Shown: piece after piece, positions 10,826-19,376 of the stretch
Layout of the letters: every line of letters begins with the position of its first letter
Numbering within the stretch: position 1 is the first letter of the stretch
DNA from: Candidatus Latescibacterota bacterium
GTDB lineage: Bacteria > Latescibacterota > UBA2968 > UBA8231
Direction: 5' to 3'
Assembly (NCBI GenBank): GCA_965223905.1
Contig: CBDCXV010000009.1
Location: 160,001-224,000 of the forward strand
Length of the DNA stretch: 64,000 nucleotides
Notes under the pieces: generated by a model
What the model saw: only the letters and a program-made list of their open reading frames with translations
Databases searched by the model: none
What the model was told of the DNA's origin: nothing
Made by a program: the position numbers and the translations under genes

Positions 10826-10929
10826 GTGTTCCTCCGGGGATTTGAGAAGGTGACGGTTCCATCGCAGCCCCCGAACCGGACTGCGGGGCGCGGCCAGCGG
10901 TGCGGAACTGCGCCTGAAGTGCCAATCCT

Positions 10930-11250
10930 CTATTCGGCGCTCACCGCGGTGGCGCTGACCGAGACCATCAGCATGCTCCCGCCCTTGCCGACCACTTCGT
11001 AGTCGAGGTCGATCCCGAGCACGGCGTTCCCTCCCTGACGGTGCGCCGCCTCGGCCATCTCTTCCAGGGCGATCTCGCGGGCCTTCTGCAGCTCCTTCTC
11101 GTAGGCCGAGGAGCGCCCGCCCACGATGTCGCGGATGCCGGCAAAGAAATCCCGGAAGATGTTGGCGCCGACGATCGCCTCGCCGGTGACGATGCCGTGG
11201 TAGCGGCGGATGGTCTTGCCCTCGATGCTCGAAGTGGTGGTCATAATCAC
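10930..11250 (-). CDS. ybjQ: YbjQ / UPF0145 family protein
   Basis: [11 protein letters not shown]...[36 protein letters not shown]...[11 protein letters not shown] is the typical UPF0145 sequence. Confidence 0.9.
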   Translation of the reverse strand: MIMTTTSSIEGKTIRRYHGIVTGEAIVGANIFRDFFAGIRDIVGGRSSAYEKELQKAREIALEEMAEAAHRQGGNAVLGIDLDYEVVGKGGSMLMVSVSATAVSAE

Positions 11251-11388
11251 GACCGCGCCTCATTCCGATGGAGTGGTACTGCCGCGGCCGGTGTGGTCCG
11301 CGTACGGTGAAGTCGGCGAGGTATTAAGACTTTTCGCAGCCTGCGGGTCAAGCAGGCCCTGGACTTCCAGCTTCCTGAGATTTCGCCC

Positions 11389-13776
11389 CTATTGCGACTC
11401 CCGCTGCCTGGTCGTCGAAGCGGCGAGACCGTCGACCTTGAGCACCTCTCCGGTCTTGCGGTCGACCTGTCCGAACTCGAGGACCCCGGTGGGGCAGGAC
11501 TCGACGCAGGCGCTGCAGCGCACGCACTCGGGATCGGCCATCGGCAGACCCTTGTTGGCGAAGTTCATGACGTCGATGCCCTGGTGGCAGACCGAGGTGC
11601 AGACGTTGCAGGAGATGCACTTCTTCTTGTCGGCGAGAATGCGGAAGCGGCTGAAGCGGGCGTAGATGTGCATCAGCGCCGCCAGGGGGCATGCGAAGCG
11701 GCACCAGACGCGGCCGCTGAACCAGAAGTAGGCCCCGTACCCCACGATGCCGGCCAGCAGCAGATCGACCGCCCACTTGTAGTTCAGCTGTATGCCGAAC
11801 GGTTTCCAGCCGTACAGCAGCCCGGCGTAGAAGGCGGCGAGGCTGCTGCCCAAACCGGTGTCGGGCCAGATCCAGCTGATGACCCGGGTCGCCAGCAGGA
11901 GGAAGCAGATCAGCAGGATCGCCTGGCCCAGCATGTTCGCCCTGTTCCAGGCGGCCCCGTGCGGCATCTTGTGGCGGTGGGTGTCGCCGAGGGTTTCGGC
12001 CATGGCGCCGCAGGAGCAGATCCAGCCGCAGTACGCACCCTTCCCCCAGAAAAAGATGATCAGCGGGATGAGGACGAAGGTCTGGACGAGACTGATGCCC
12101 AGCCACCACCAGAGCGGCTGCGAGGTGAACACGTTCCAGATGAACAGGGGCCAGGCGAGAACGAAACCGAAGGCGCGCCAGTACTCGCGGCCGTGGCCGT
12201 AGTCGACGGCGGGAAACAGGGCGTCGGCGAAGCTCTTTCCGAAGCCGCCGTCGAACCAGCCGTTGTACCCGAGCCAGGGGAGCAGGAGGTAGGGCAGCAG
12301 GAACAGCGGCACCACCTGGACCGCGGCGAGCGTCCAGGTCTGCACCTTGACGTACGGGGTGCGCCGGCGGCGGATGCGCCGGATTCCAAACAGGACGACG
12401 AGGGCGGAGTAGAGCAGGCTGTAGTAGAAGCCGGGTTCGCCGAGATTTCGGTTGAGGGTTCCGAGGATGGTCGCCGGGTCCGCGGCCATGGCGCCGAGGG
12501 CCCCGCCGGCCTGGCTGAGCAGGGAGGGTACGTTGAAGGGAAACCAGGCGTTCCCCTGGAACCAGCCGGTCAGCGAGCCGCCGGCCTTCCAGTTGTAGAC
12601 GAAGGCGCACAGGGCGGTGAACAGTGCCAGGCCGGCCCAGTTGCGCGGCCGCAGTTCGCCGCGGATCGACACCCCGGAACGGCGGAAGAACTCCAGCGGG
12701 GCCTCGCGGCCGATCATCGCGAAGACCGCGTCGTTGGGGATGCGGACCTCCTGCCGGTCGGCATCCTCGAGGAGGACCTCGTTCTCCTCGATCCCCTTGA
12801 GGTTCGACGCCATCATCGTGCGGATCGAGCCGGCGCGGCGCCCGCCTTCGAGGAAGGCGCCGCTGCTCGTCGTCACCCTCTCGGAGGTCGGGGTGTCGAC
12901 GGCGACCTCGGCCATCGGGTCGGCGGACAACATCTCGAGCTTCTCGATGTTTTCCGGCTTTGGCCGGGCGAACTCCGGCTTGCGGTAGGAGAGGGTGACC
13001 CGCCCGCCGGCGAGGGCGACGGCGATCGCGGTTTCGAGGGCGCTGTCGCCGCCGCCGACGACGAGGACGTCGCTGTCGCCGTAATCCTTGGGGTCGTGCA
13101 GGCGATTGGAGACCTTGTCGAGCTCCTCCCCAGTTACTCCGAGCTTGCGGAAGTTCCCCGAGCGCCCGATGGCGACGATCACCCGGCGGGCGCGCAGCGT
13201 GTCGCGCCCGGGAACGATCAGCTCGAACTGCCCTCCGCCGCTGCGCACCTGCTCGACGCGCGCCATCGTCGGGACGATACCGTTCTCCAGGGTCTGGCCC
13301 TTGAGCTCGGCTACCAGCGGCTCCTTGACTTCGGCGGTGAACTGCAGCTCGCCCGCAGGCACCATTTCGGTCGGGTAGGTGAAGATCGGCTTGCCGCGCG
13401 GGAAGTTGACGACGGTGGAGAACGGCTCGGTCGCCTCGAACAGCTCGAAGCGCAGACCGGCTTCCCGGGCGGCGAGGGCCGCGGCCATGCCGCTGACCCC
13501 GGCGCCGACGATGGCGACGTCGAGGATGTCGCCGTCCCCCCCGGACTGGCGCTCCTGCTGAAAGCGCTGATCGTCGCGGATGTGCTCGACCGCCCTGGCG
13601 CCGCTGTCGGAGGAGAATTTGAGCAGCGGAATGCCGGTGAGGTCGCCGACGATGTAGAGCCCGGGGACGTTGCTGCGGTAGTTCCCGTCGACTTCGGGCA
13701 GCTTTTCGACCACCCCGGCGGGCCAGCGGGTGTGCAGCCACTTCGCGTAGGATCCAAGAGTTCGCATCTCGATCAC
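11389..13776 (-). CDS. TrxB-like FAD/NAD(P)H oxidoreductase fused to a NapH-like membrane 4Fe-4S binding domain
   Basis: DVAIVGAGVSG and VLVVGGGDSALE dinucleotide motifs; several TM helices; YCGWICSCG and WCRFACP motifs; two CxxCxxCxxxC motifs at the C-terminus. Confidence 0.85.
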   Translation of the reverse strand: MIEMRTLGSYAKWLHTRWPAGVVEKLPEVDGNYRSNVPGLYIVGDLTGIPLLKFSSDSGARAVEHIRDDQRFQQERQSGGDGDILDVAIVGAGVSGMAAALAAREAGLRFELFEATEPFSTVVNFPRGKPIFTYPTEMVPAGELQFTAEVKEPLVAELKGQTLENGIVPTMARVEQVRSGGGQFELIVPGRDTLRARRVIVAIGRSGNFRKLGVTGEELDKVSNRLHDPKDYGDSDVLVVGGGDSALETAIAVALAGGRVTLSYRKPEFARPKPENIEKLEMLSADPMAEVAVDTPTSERVTTSSGAFLEGGRRAGSIRTMMASNLKGIEENEVLLEDADRQEVRIPNDAVFAMIGREAPLEFFRRSGVSIRGELRPRNWAGLALFTALCAFVYNWKAGGSLTGWFQGNAWFPFNVPSLLSQAGGALGAMAADPATILGTLNRNLGEPGFYYSLLYSALVVLFGIRRIRRRRTPYVKVQTWTLAAVQVVPLFLLPYLLLPWLGYNGWFDGGFGKSFADALFPAVDYGHGREYWRAFGFVLAWPLFIWNVFTSQPLWWWLGISLVQTFVLIPLIIFFWGKGAYCGWICSCGAMAETLGDTHRHKMPHGAAWNRANMLGQAILLICFLLLATRVISWIWPDTGLGSSLAAFYAGLLYGWKPFGIQLNYKWAVDLLLAGIVGYGAYFWFSGRVWCRFACPLAALMHIYARFSRFRILADKKKCISCNVCTSVCHQGIDVMNFANKGLPMADPECVRCSACVESCPTGVLEFGQVDRKTGEVLKVDGLAASTTRQRESQ

Positions 13777-15224
13777 CTCACCAGGGTCATTACCCGGGTC
13801 TCGCTGACCCCTTCGCTCTCGACCAGGAGACGGCAGAGGTAGCTGCCGCTCGCCACCTTGCCACCGTCTTCGTCGCGGGCGTCCCAGCGGTAGATGTAGC
13901 GCCCCGCGTCCTGGAAGCCGCTGGCGAGGCTGCGGACCTGCTGGCCGGCGGCGTTGAAGATGGTCAGGTCCACACTGGCGCCGCGCGGAAGGCCGTACTG
14001 AATGTGGGTGCCCGGGTTGAAGGGGTTGGGGTAGTTCTGGGCCAGGGTGATCGCCCTGGGCAGGGAGACGTCGAGCTCTACGGCGGTGTCGGGCTCCGGC
14101 AGCTCTTCGACGATCCCCTCACCCTGCCAGACCGGGGCCCCGTTCCAGAAGGTGTCCCAGGCGAACCACATCGAGTTGTACGCCGGGATCTGCTCGAGCC
14201 GGGTCCCCTTGAGCTCGCCGGAGACCGCCTCCCCCAGCATGTTCCAGCGGCTGCCGGTCTCGACGTCGACGAACTCGACCGGCAGGTCGCCCAGCGGCTC
14301 GGCGAAGACGAAGGACAGCGACCTGCCGCCGACCTTCCTGCTGTAGGGAATGGCGGTGCGCGAGGCGCGGTCGAAGACGACGAGCAGGCTGTCGCCGCCG
14401 ACTTCGTCGTTGATGACCACCCCGTCCGGGATGTCCTTGAAGGGGTACGACTTGGCCTCGCCGTTGCGGGATACGCCGAGCACGGTCTCCTTCGCCAGGA
14501 TGCGGCCGTCGAGATCCGGGGTGGCCGTGGTCATCGGGAAGAAGATGTAGCGGTGATCCTCGCGGTAGCTGTCGTAGGGGTAGATCTGGTACTGGCCCTC
14601 CCGCTGGTAGCGGCTGCGTTGGCGGCTGTCGTAGCGGTCCAGACCGGTTCCCGCCAGGGCGACCTCGGTGTCGGGGTTCATCTTCTTCCACATCGACCAG
14701 GTGGTCTCGACGATCGGCAGCAGCTCGAGCTTCTCCCCCAGGTAGCGGCCGCTGATCCCGGTGTAGATCATCTGCGGATACAGGGTCAGGCCGTCGCGGC
14801 GGTCGTACATCACAAGGTTGCTGTTGATCAGCTGCCCCGAGACGCCGAACTCGATCTGCGCCAAGTCGTCGCCGGTGGCGTCGAAGTTGAGGGCCGTGCC
14901 GGTGAGCGGACAGAGCGTCACCGAGATGAACTGGCCGCCGATCTCGTCGTTGATGATCTCGTGCCACCACCCCAGGTTCTCCGGGTAGGCCTTGGCGACG
15001 CCGTGCCTGAAGATTCCCATGACGAGGTCGTCCTCGCGCACGTACTCCGCATCCTCGGGCCTGCCGAACTCCGGGTTGGTCAGCGCCGGGATGCCGTCCT
15101 TGGCGGGGCCGCCGCTGAACAGGTGCTCCGTCAGCCCGGTGACGTCGTCCTGCAGGTACTCTCCGCCTGAGGCGGGCAGCGCCGCAAGGGCGAAGATGGC
15201 CGCCGCCGCAAGGCTCTTGTTCAT
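13773..15224 (-). CDS. Exported DUF3179-domain protein with C-terminal FlgD-Ig / T9SS-type sorting domain
   Basis: Signal peptide; GGPAKDGIPAL, WHEIIND, TLCPLTGT, FGVSGQLINSNLVMYDR and WFAW motifs; tail LAQNYPNPFNP...WDARDEDG...VASGSY. Confidence 0.88.
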   Translation of the reverse strand: MNKSLAAAAIFALAALPASGGEYLQDDVTGLTEHLFSGGPAKDGIPALTNPEFGRPEDAEYVREDDLVMGIFRHGVAKAYPENLGWWHEIINDEIGGQFISVTLCPLTGTALNFDATGDDLAQIEFGVSGQLINSNLVMYDRRDGLTLYPQMIYTGISGRYLGEKLELLPIVETTWSMWKKMNPDTEVALAGTGLDRYDSRQRSRYQREGQYQIYPYDSYREDHRYIFFPMTTATPDLDGRILAKETVLGVSRNGEAKSYPFKDIPDGVVINDEVGGDSLLVVFDRASRTAIPYSRKVGGRSLSFVFAEPLGDLPVEFVDVETGSRWNMLGEAVSGELKGTRLEQIPAYNSMWFAWDTFWNGAPVWQGEGIVEELPEPDTAVELDVSLPRAITLAQNYPNPFNPGTHIQYGLPRGASVDLTIFNAAGQQVRSLASGFQDAGRYIYRWDARDEDGGKVASGSYLCRLLVESEGVSETRVMTLVR

Positions 15225-15254
15225 GGTTCTCGTCCTCCGTTGCAGCCGCAGCGC

Positions 15255-16331
15255 CTACAGGTCGACGACCCGCAGCCGCTGTGCCAGCTTGTCTCCCAGA
15301 AGATCGGACTTGCTCTCGAGTTTCAAAACGCCGCGCGGGCAGACGTGAGCGCACATCCCGCAGCCGACGCACGAGGCCCGCTTGACGTCCTGGTTGTTGC
15401 GGGCATAGGCGCGCACGTCGATCCCCATCTCGCAGTAGGCGCTGCAGTTGCCGCACGAGATGCACATGTCCGGTTTCACGCTGATGCGGAAGCGCCCGAA
15501 CTTCTGGATCAGGCCGAGCAGCGCCGCCATCGGGAAGAAGAAGCGGCACCAGACCCGGGTTCCCAGCAGCGGGTAGAGCGCCACGGCGAACACCCCCGAC
15601 AGCAGCGCCCCGACGATGAGCCCGTACATCTCCTGAATCTTGAAGGCCACCGCGGCGAAGCCTGGGTGGTTCTGGCCGATGCCCCAGTTGATGAAGACGA
15701 CCGCGGTGGTGCCGAGGGCGAGAAGCAGCACCGTGTGGATGGAGATCTGCTCGAACTTCCACGCCCGCGTCGACTTGTCGGAGAGGTGGCGCCAGGAGTC
15801 GCCGGCGGTCTCGGCAAGGCCGCCGCAGCCGCAGATCCACGAGCAGTAGAAGCGCTTGCCGAAGATGAAGGCCAGCGCCGGGAACAGGATCAGCGAACCG
15901 ATGAAGCTGTAGAGGGCGATCAGCACCGGGTACTCGAGGATCGTGCTCGGGTAGAAGTAATCGGTCTTCAGCGGCCACAGGTAGGAGAAGAAAAAATCCT
16001 TCTTCCCGAACAGGGCCATCGCGAAAGGCAGGCAGAAGGCGAGCACGATCTGCACCGCCACCACGACAAGGGTCCTGACGCGCTGGTAGCGGCTGTTGCC
16101 GTGACGGCCCAGGAAGAAGGCGCCGCCGGCGATCATGGCGAGCGAGTAGATGGCGCCGTAGAGCCACCACTTGTTGCCCAGACCCAGGGCCGCGGCGAGC
16201 GGGTCGAACCAGTCGGTGAAATAGGTCGCCAGGTAGAAGGCGAGGATGGCGGCCCCGAGGATCCAGGCGCTCGCCCCGCGCCGCCGCCATGCTTCCCGGT
16301 AGGTGCTCATCAGTCCGTGTTGGTACATCAT
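15255..16331 (-). CDS. NapH-like membrane 4Fe-4S binding protein
   Basis: Start trimmed to MMYQHG (GAGGAG upstream); multiple TM helices; GKRFYCSWICGCGGLAETAGD; CISCGNCSAYC and CVGCGMCAHVCP. Confidence 0.85.
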   Translation of the reverse strand: MMYQHGLMSTYREAWRRRGASAWILGAAILAFYLATYFTDWFDPLAAALGLGNKWWLYGAIYSLAMIAGGAFFLGRHGNSRYQRVRTLVVVAVQIVLAFCLPFAMALFGKKDFFFSYLWPLKTDYFYPSTILEYPVLIALYSFIGSLILFPALAFIFGKRFYCSWICGCGGLAETAGDSWRHLSDKSTRAWKFEQISIHTVLLLALGTTAVVFINWGIGQNHPGFAAVAFKIQEMYGLIVGALLSGVFAVALYPLLGTRVWCRFFFPMAALLGLIQKFGRFRISVKPDMCISCGNCSAYCEMGIDVRAYARNNQDVKRASCVGCGMCAHVCPRGVLKLESKSDLLGDKLAQRLRVVDL

Positions 16332-16360
16332 CTGCTCGCGCTCTCCTCGGAAATATTCCC

Positions 16361-17794
16361 TTATGTGACTGTCGCCTGCGCGGTGTCGAAGACCGGCGGG
16401 GGCGTCAGCTCCGGGTCGAACAGGGCCTCCCGCAAGTGGGACAACACGTAGCGCAGGTCGCGGCGCTCCTCGATCCAGCGCACCAGGAAGGTGTGGTCCC
16501 AGCGGCGGCCCAGCATGTTGAAGCCGACGACGCGGTCGTTCTGCAGGACGATCCGCGTGGTGCTGCGCACCGGTCCGGTCTCCTCGTGGAACCAGTTCCT
16601 CTCCCCCTCGAGGTTGAAGTTGACCAGCCCGGCGGTGGTGTACTCGACATCCATGAACTTCGCCGAATTGTAGAACGTCCCGCGCTCGTAGGTGGCGGAG
16701 TCTCCCAGCATGGCGGCGCCGGCCACCCGGCCCTGGGCGCGCGAGGTGTACCACAGCTGCTCCGGCCTGCGGCTGCCGTCGAACCAGGCGACCGCGGCGC
16801 AGTCGCCGGCGGCGAACACGCCGGGGGCCGAGGTCGCAAGCCCCCCGTCGACGACGATGCCCCAAGAGCGATCGTCGAGCTCGATACCCGAGTCATCGAG
16901 CCACCCGGTGTTGGGAACCACCCCGATGGTGATGACGGCGATATCGCACTCGATCCCGGGACCGTCGTCCCAGGTGTCGTCGGGAAAGGCGTTCGGCCGG
17001 TGCCCCGGATCGGCGACCTTGGTGCGCATTCCCGCTACCGCGCCCGCGGCGTCGCCGACGAACTCGTCGACCACGGTGTTGAGGTGCACGTGCAGGCCGT
17101 TCTCCTCCATCACCCGCGCGATCCAGGCGGCCTCGCGGCCGTCGATGGCCAGCGGCCAGTACCAGTCCTCCATGATCAGGAAATGGGTGTCGACCCCGGC
17201 ATGGGCGAGGATCTCTGCCGCCTCGATGCCGACCAGTCCGCCCCCTACGACCGCGGCGCTCCGGGCAGGGCGCCCCCGTTTTTCCGCGACCGCGGCGCGC
17301 GGGCTGTAAGGGGAGTCGGAGGTGGTGGCCTCCAGATGGTGGTCCGGGCGCGGCGGCCTGCCGGCGCCGGGGCCGCCGTGGGCCTCGCGTTCGAGCCACT
17401 CGAGGTCCTGCATGGTGACGAAGTGGCCGATCCCGTCGAGGCCGGAGCCGGGCCAGGGGCCCGGGCGCGGCCGCGAGCCGCAGGCGATCAGCAGGCGGTC
17501 GTAGGGAAGCGGCTCCAGGCCTCCGGCGAGCTGCACCTGCCTGGTCTCGACGTCGACGCCGGTGGCGCGCGCCCTCACCCGCCCGAAACCGAGGCGCTCG
17601 TACAGGTCGCGCTCGTAGGTCTCGATGTCGCGGTGCGACAGCTGTCCGCAGAAGACGTACATCAGCGCCGTGCGGGAGAAGGGGTGGTCGGACTCTTCCG
17701 ACACGATGCAGATCTCCCAGTCCGGCTCGCGCTGACGAATCGCCAGCGCCGCCTCCATGCCGGCGACTCCGTTTCCTATAATGACGGCTCTCAT
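16361..17794 (-). CDS. NAD(P)/FAD-dependent oxidoreductase (NirB-N / rubredoxin-reductase-like)
   Basis: MRAVIIGNGVAG, YDRLLIACGS, VVGGGLVGIEAAE and PGVFAAGDCA motifs. Confidence 0.9.
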   Translation of the reverse strand: MRAVIIGNGVAGMEAALAIRQREPDWEICIVSEESDHPFSRTALMYVFCGQLSHRDIETYERDLYERLGFGRVRARATGVDVETRQVQLAGGLEPLPYDRLLIACGSRPRPGPWPGSGLDGIGHFVTMQDLEWLEREAHGGPGAGRPPRPDHHLEATTSDSPYSPRAAVAEKRGRPARSAAVVGGGLVGIEAAEILAHAGVDTHFLIMEDWYWPLAIDGREAAWIARVMEENGLHVHLNTVVDEFVGDAAGAVAGMRTKVADPGHRPNAFPDDTWDDGPGIECDIAVITIGVVPNTGWLDDSGIELDDRSWGIVVDGGLATSAPGVFAAGDCAAVAWFDGSRRPEQLWYTSRAQGRVAGAAMLGDSATYERGTFYNSAKFMDVEYTTAGLVNFNLEGERNWFHEETGPVRSTTRIVLQNDRVVGFNMLGRRWDHTFLVRWIEERRDLRYVLSHLREALFDPELTPPPVFDTAQATVT

Positions 17795-18012
17795 TGCGGT
17801 ATGCGGTTTACCAGTTGGATGACCGAAGCGCTCCTCGGTTTCAAGGTGCCGCCGCACTTGGCTGCAACGGCCTGTTGCTCCCCCTTCGCCGCCGCCATCG
17901 TCACGGCCGGCGCAAGGGGGTGAATCTCGTCACGGAACAGGCTGGAATCCAGGTTGCCGAGGGCGTCGCTCCAGCGGCCTGAAGCTTGTGGAACCCGGAG
18001 TCAATGCGGATA

Positions 18013-18038
18013 ATCCAATATGGTACATCGTATCGGAT
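18013..18038. promoter_or_regulatory. Imperfect AT-rich palindrome immediately upstream of arsS, candidate operator
   Basis: ATCCAATATGGTACATCGTATCGGAT matches its own reverse complement at 18 of 26 positions and lies in the divergent intergenic region. Confidence 0.3.
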
Positions 18039-18041
18039 GAC

Positions 18042-19097
18042 ATGAGCGAACTGGTTCACATCGAAACAGCTGCCGCCAGACCGGCGCCCCGCCCGCGGGT
18101 CACGAAGTCGAATCGCGACCTGCTGGCCGGCGACTGGCCGCGCTTCTCCGACGTGCTCGACGAGCACGCCTTCCTCCTCGAGCGCCGCCGGCTCACCACC
18201 CTGCAGGTCAACGTCGGCAAGCTCTGCAACCAGACCTGCCGCCACTGTCACGTCGAAGCCGGCCCCACGCGCACGGAACAGATGACCCGCCGGACCGCGG
18301 AGCGGGTCGTCGAGCTGATGGACCTGCCCGGCGCCGGTGATCTCGACCTCGTCGACATCACCGGCGGGGCGCCGGAGCTCAGCCCGCAGTTCCGCTTCCT
18401 CGCCGGGGAAGGGCGCGCCCGCGGCCTCCGCGTCATCGACCGCTGCAACCTCACCGTGCTCTTCGAGCCGGGCCAGGAGGACACCGCCGGCTTCCTGCGC
18501 GACCACCGGGTCGAAGTCGTCGCCTCCCTGCCCTGCTACTCCAGCGAAAACGTAACCCGGCAGCGGGGGGAAGGGGTGTTCGCCAAGAGCATCGAGGCGC
18601 TGCAGTTGCTCAATTCCCTCGGCTACGGGCAGGAGGGTACCGGTCTCGTCCTCGACCTCGTGTACAACCCGGTTGGGGCCTTCCTGCCGCCGGACCAGGA
18701 GGAGCTGCAGAGCGACTACAAGGAGCGCCTGCTCGCCGACTTCGGCATCCTCTTCAACCGGCTCTACACGATCACCAACATGCCGGTGAAGCGCTTCCTG
18801 TACGATCTCAAGCACAGCCACGGGCTCGAGGAGTACATGACCCTCCTGGTCAACAGCTTCAACCTGCAGGCCGCGGAAAACGTCATGTGCCGCGACCTGG
18901 TCTCCATCGGTTGGGAGGGGACCGTCTACGACTGCGATTTCAACCAGATGCTCGAGATGCCGGTCCCGGGTCCGCACCGCAGCATCTGGGACCTCGACTC
19001 CCTCGACGAGTTCAACCGCGGCACCATCGCCGTCGCCGACCACTGCTTCGGCTGCACTGCCGGGGCCGGCAGCAGCTGCAGCGGCTCCCTGGACTGA
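18042..19097 (+). CDS. arsS: ArsS-family radical SAM protein (arsenosugar-associated, DUF3641 C-terminus)
   Basis: TLQVNVGKLCNQTCRHCHVEAGP, DITGGAPEL, DRCNLT, ASLPCY, LVYNPVGAFLPP, MCRDLVS, YDCDFNQML and HCFGCTAGAGSSC; start placed at MSELVH. Confidence 0.9.
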   Translation: MSELVHIETAAARPAPRPRVTKSNRDLLAGDWPRFSDVLDEHAFLLERRRLTTLQVNVGKLCNQTCRHCHVEAGPTRTEQMTRRTAERVVELMDLPGAGDLDLVDITGGAPELSPQFRFLAGEGRARGLRVIDRCNLTVLFEPGQEDTAGFLRDHRVEVVASLPCYSSENVTRQRGEGVFAKSIEALQLLNSLGYGQEGTGLVLDLVYNPVGAFLPPDQEELQSDYKERLLADFGILFNRLYTITNMPVKRFLYDLKHSHGLEEYMTLLVNSFNLQAAENVMCRDLVSIGWEGTVYDCDFNQMLEMPVPGPHRSIWDLDSLDEFNRGTIAVADHCFGCTAGAGSSCSGSLD

Positions 19098-19376
19098 GCA
19101 CTACCCCCGGTCACCGGCAGTCTTCCTGGAATCGCGGCATCTTTCGACGGGCGCCGCAACCAGATAGGCGCGACTCTGTCGGAAACCGGTCCATACCGCC
19201 GTCGCGGGTGGCGCCACATTGCCCGCGGTCCGGCATGGGGTCGCATGCAATTCCGGCGCATCCGGCCGCCGCATCCCTTCCTCGACGTCACTTTCGCTCG
19301 CCGTGATACCCCGGTGCGGACTCGCTCAAGCGCCCTGCGAGCCGCGGGAACAGGCTGGACGTAGCAGGCGCGAAGG

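Noticed and set aside
19040-19097. Selenocysteine read-through in ArsS or DUF3179
   Set aside because: The relevant positions are Cys codons (GSSC, TLCP); the ArsS TGA falls at the normal C-terminus.
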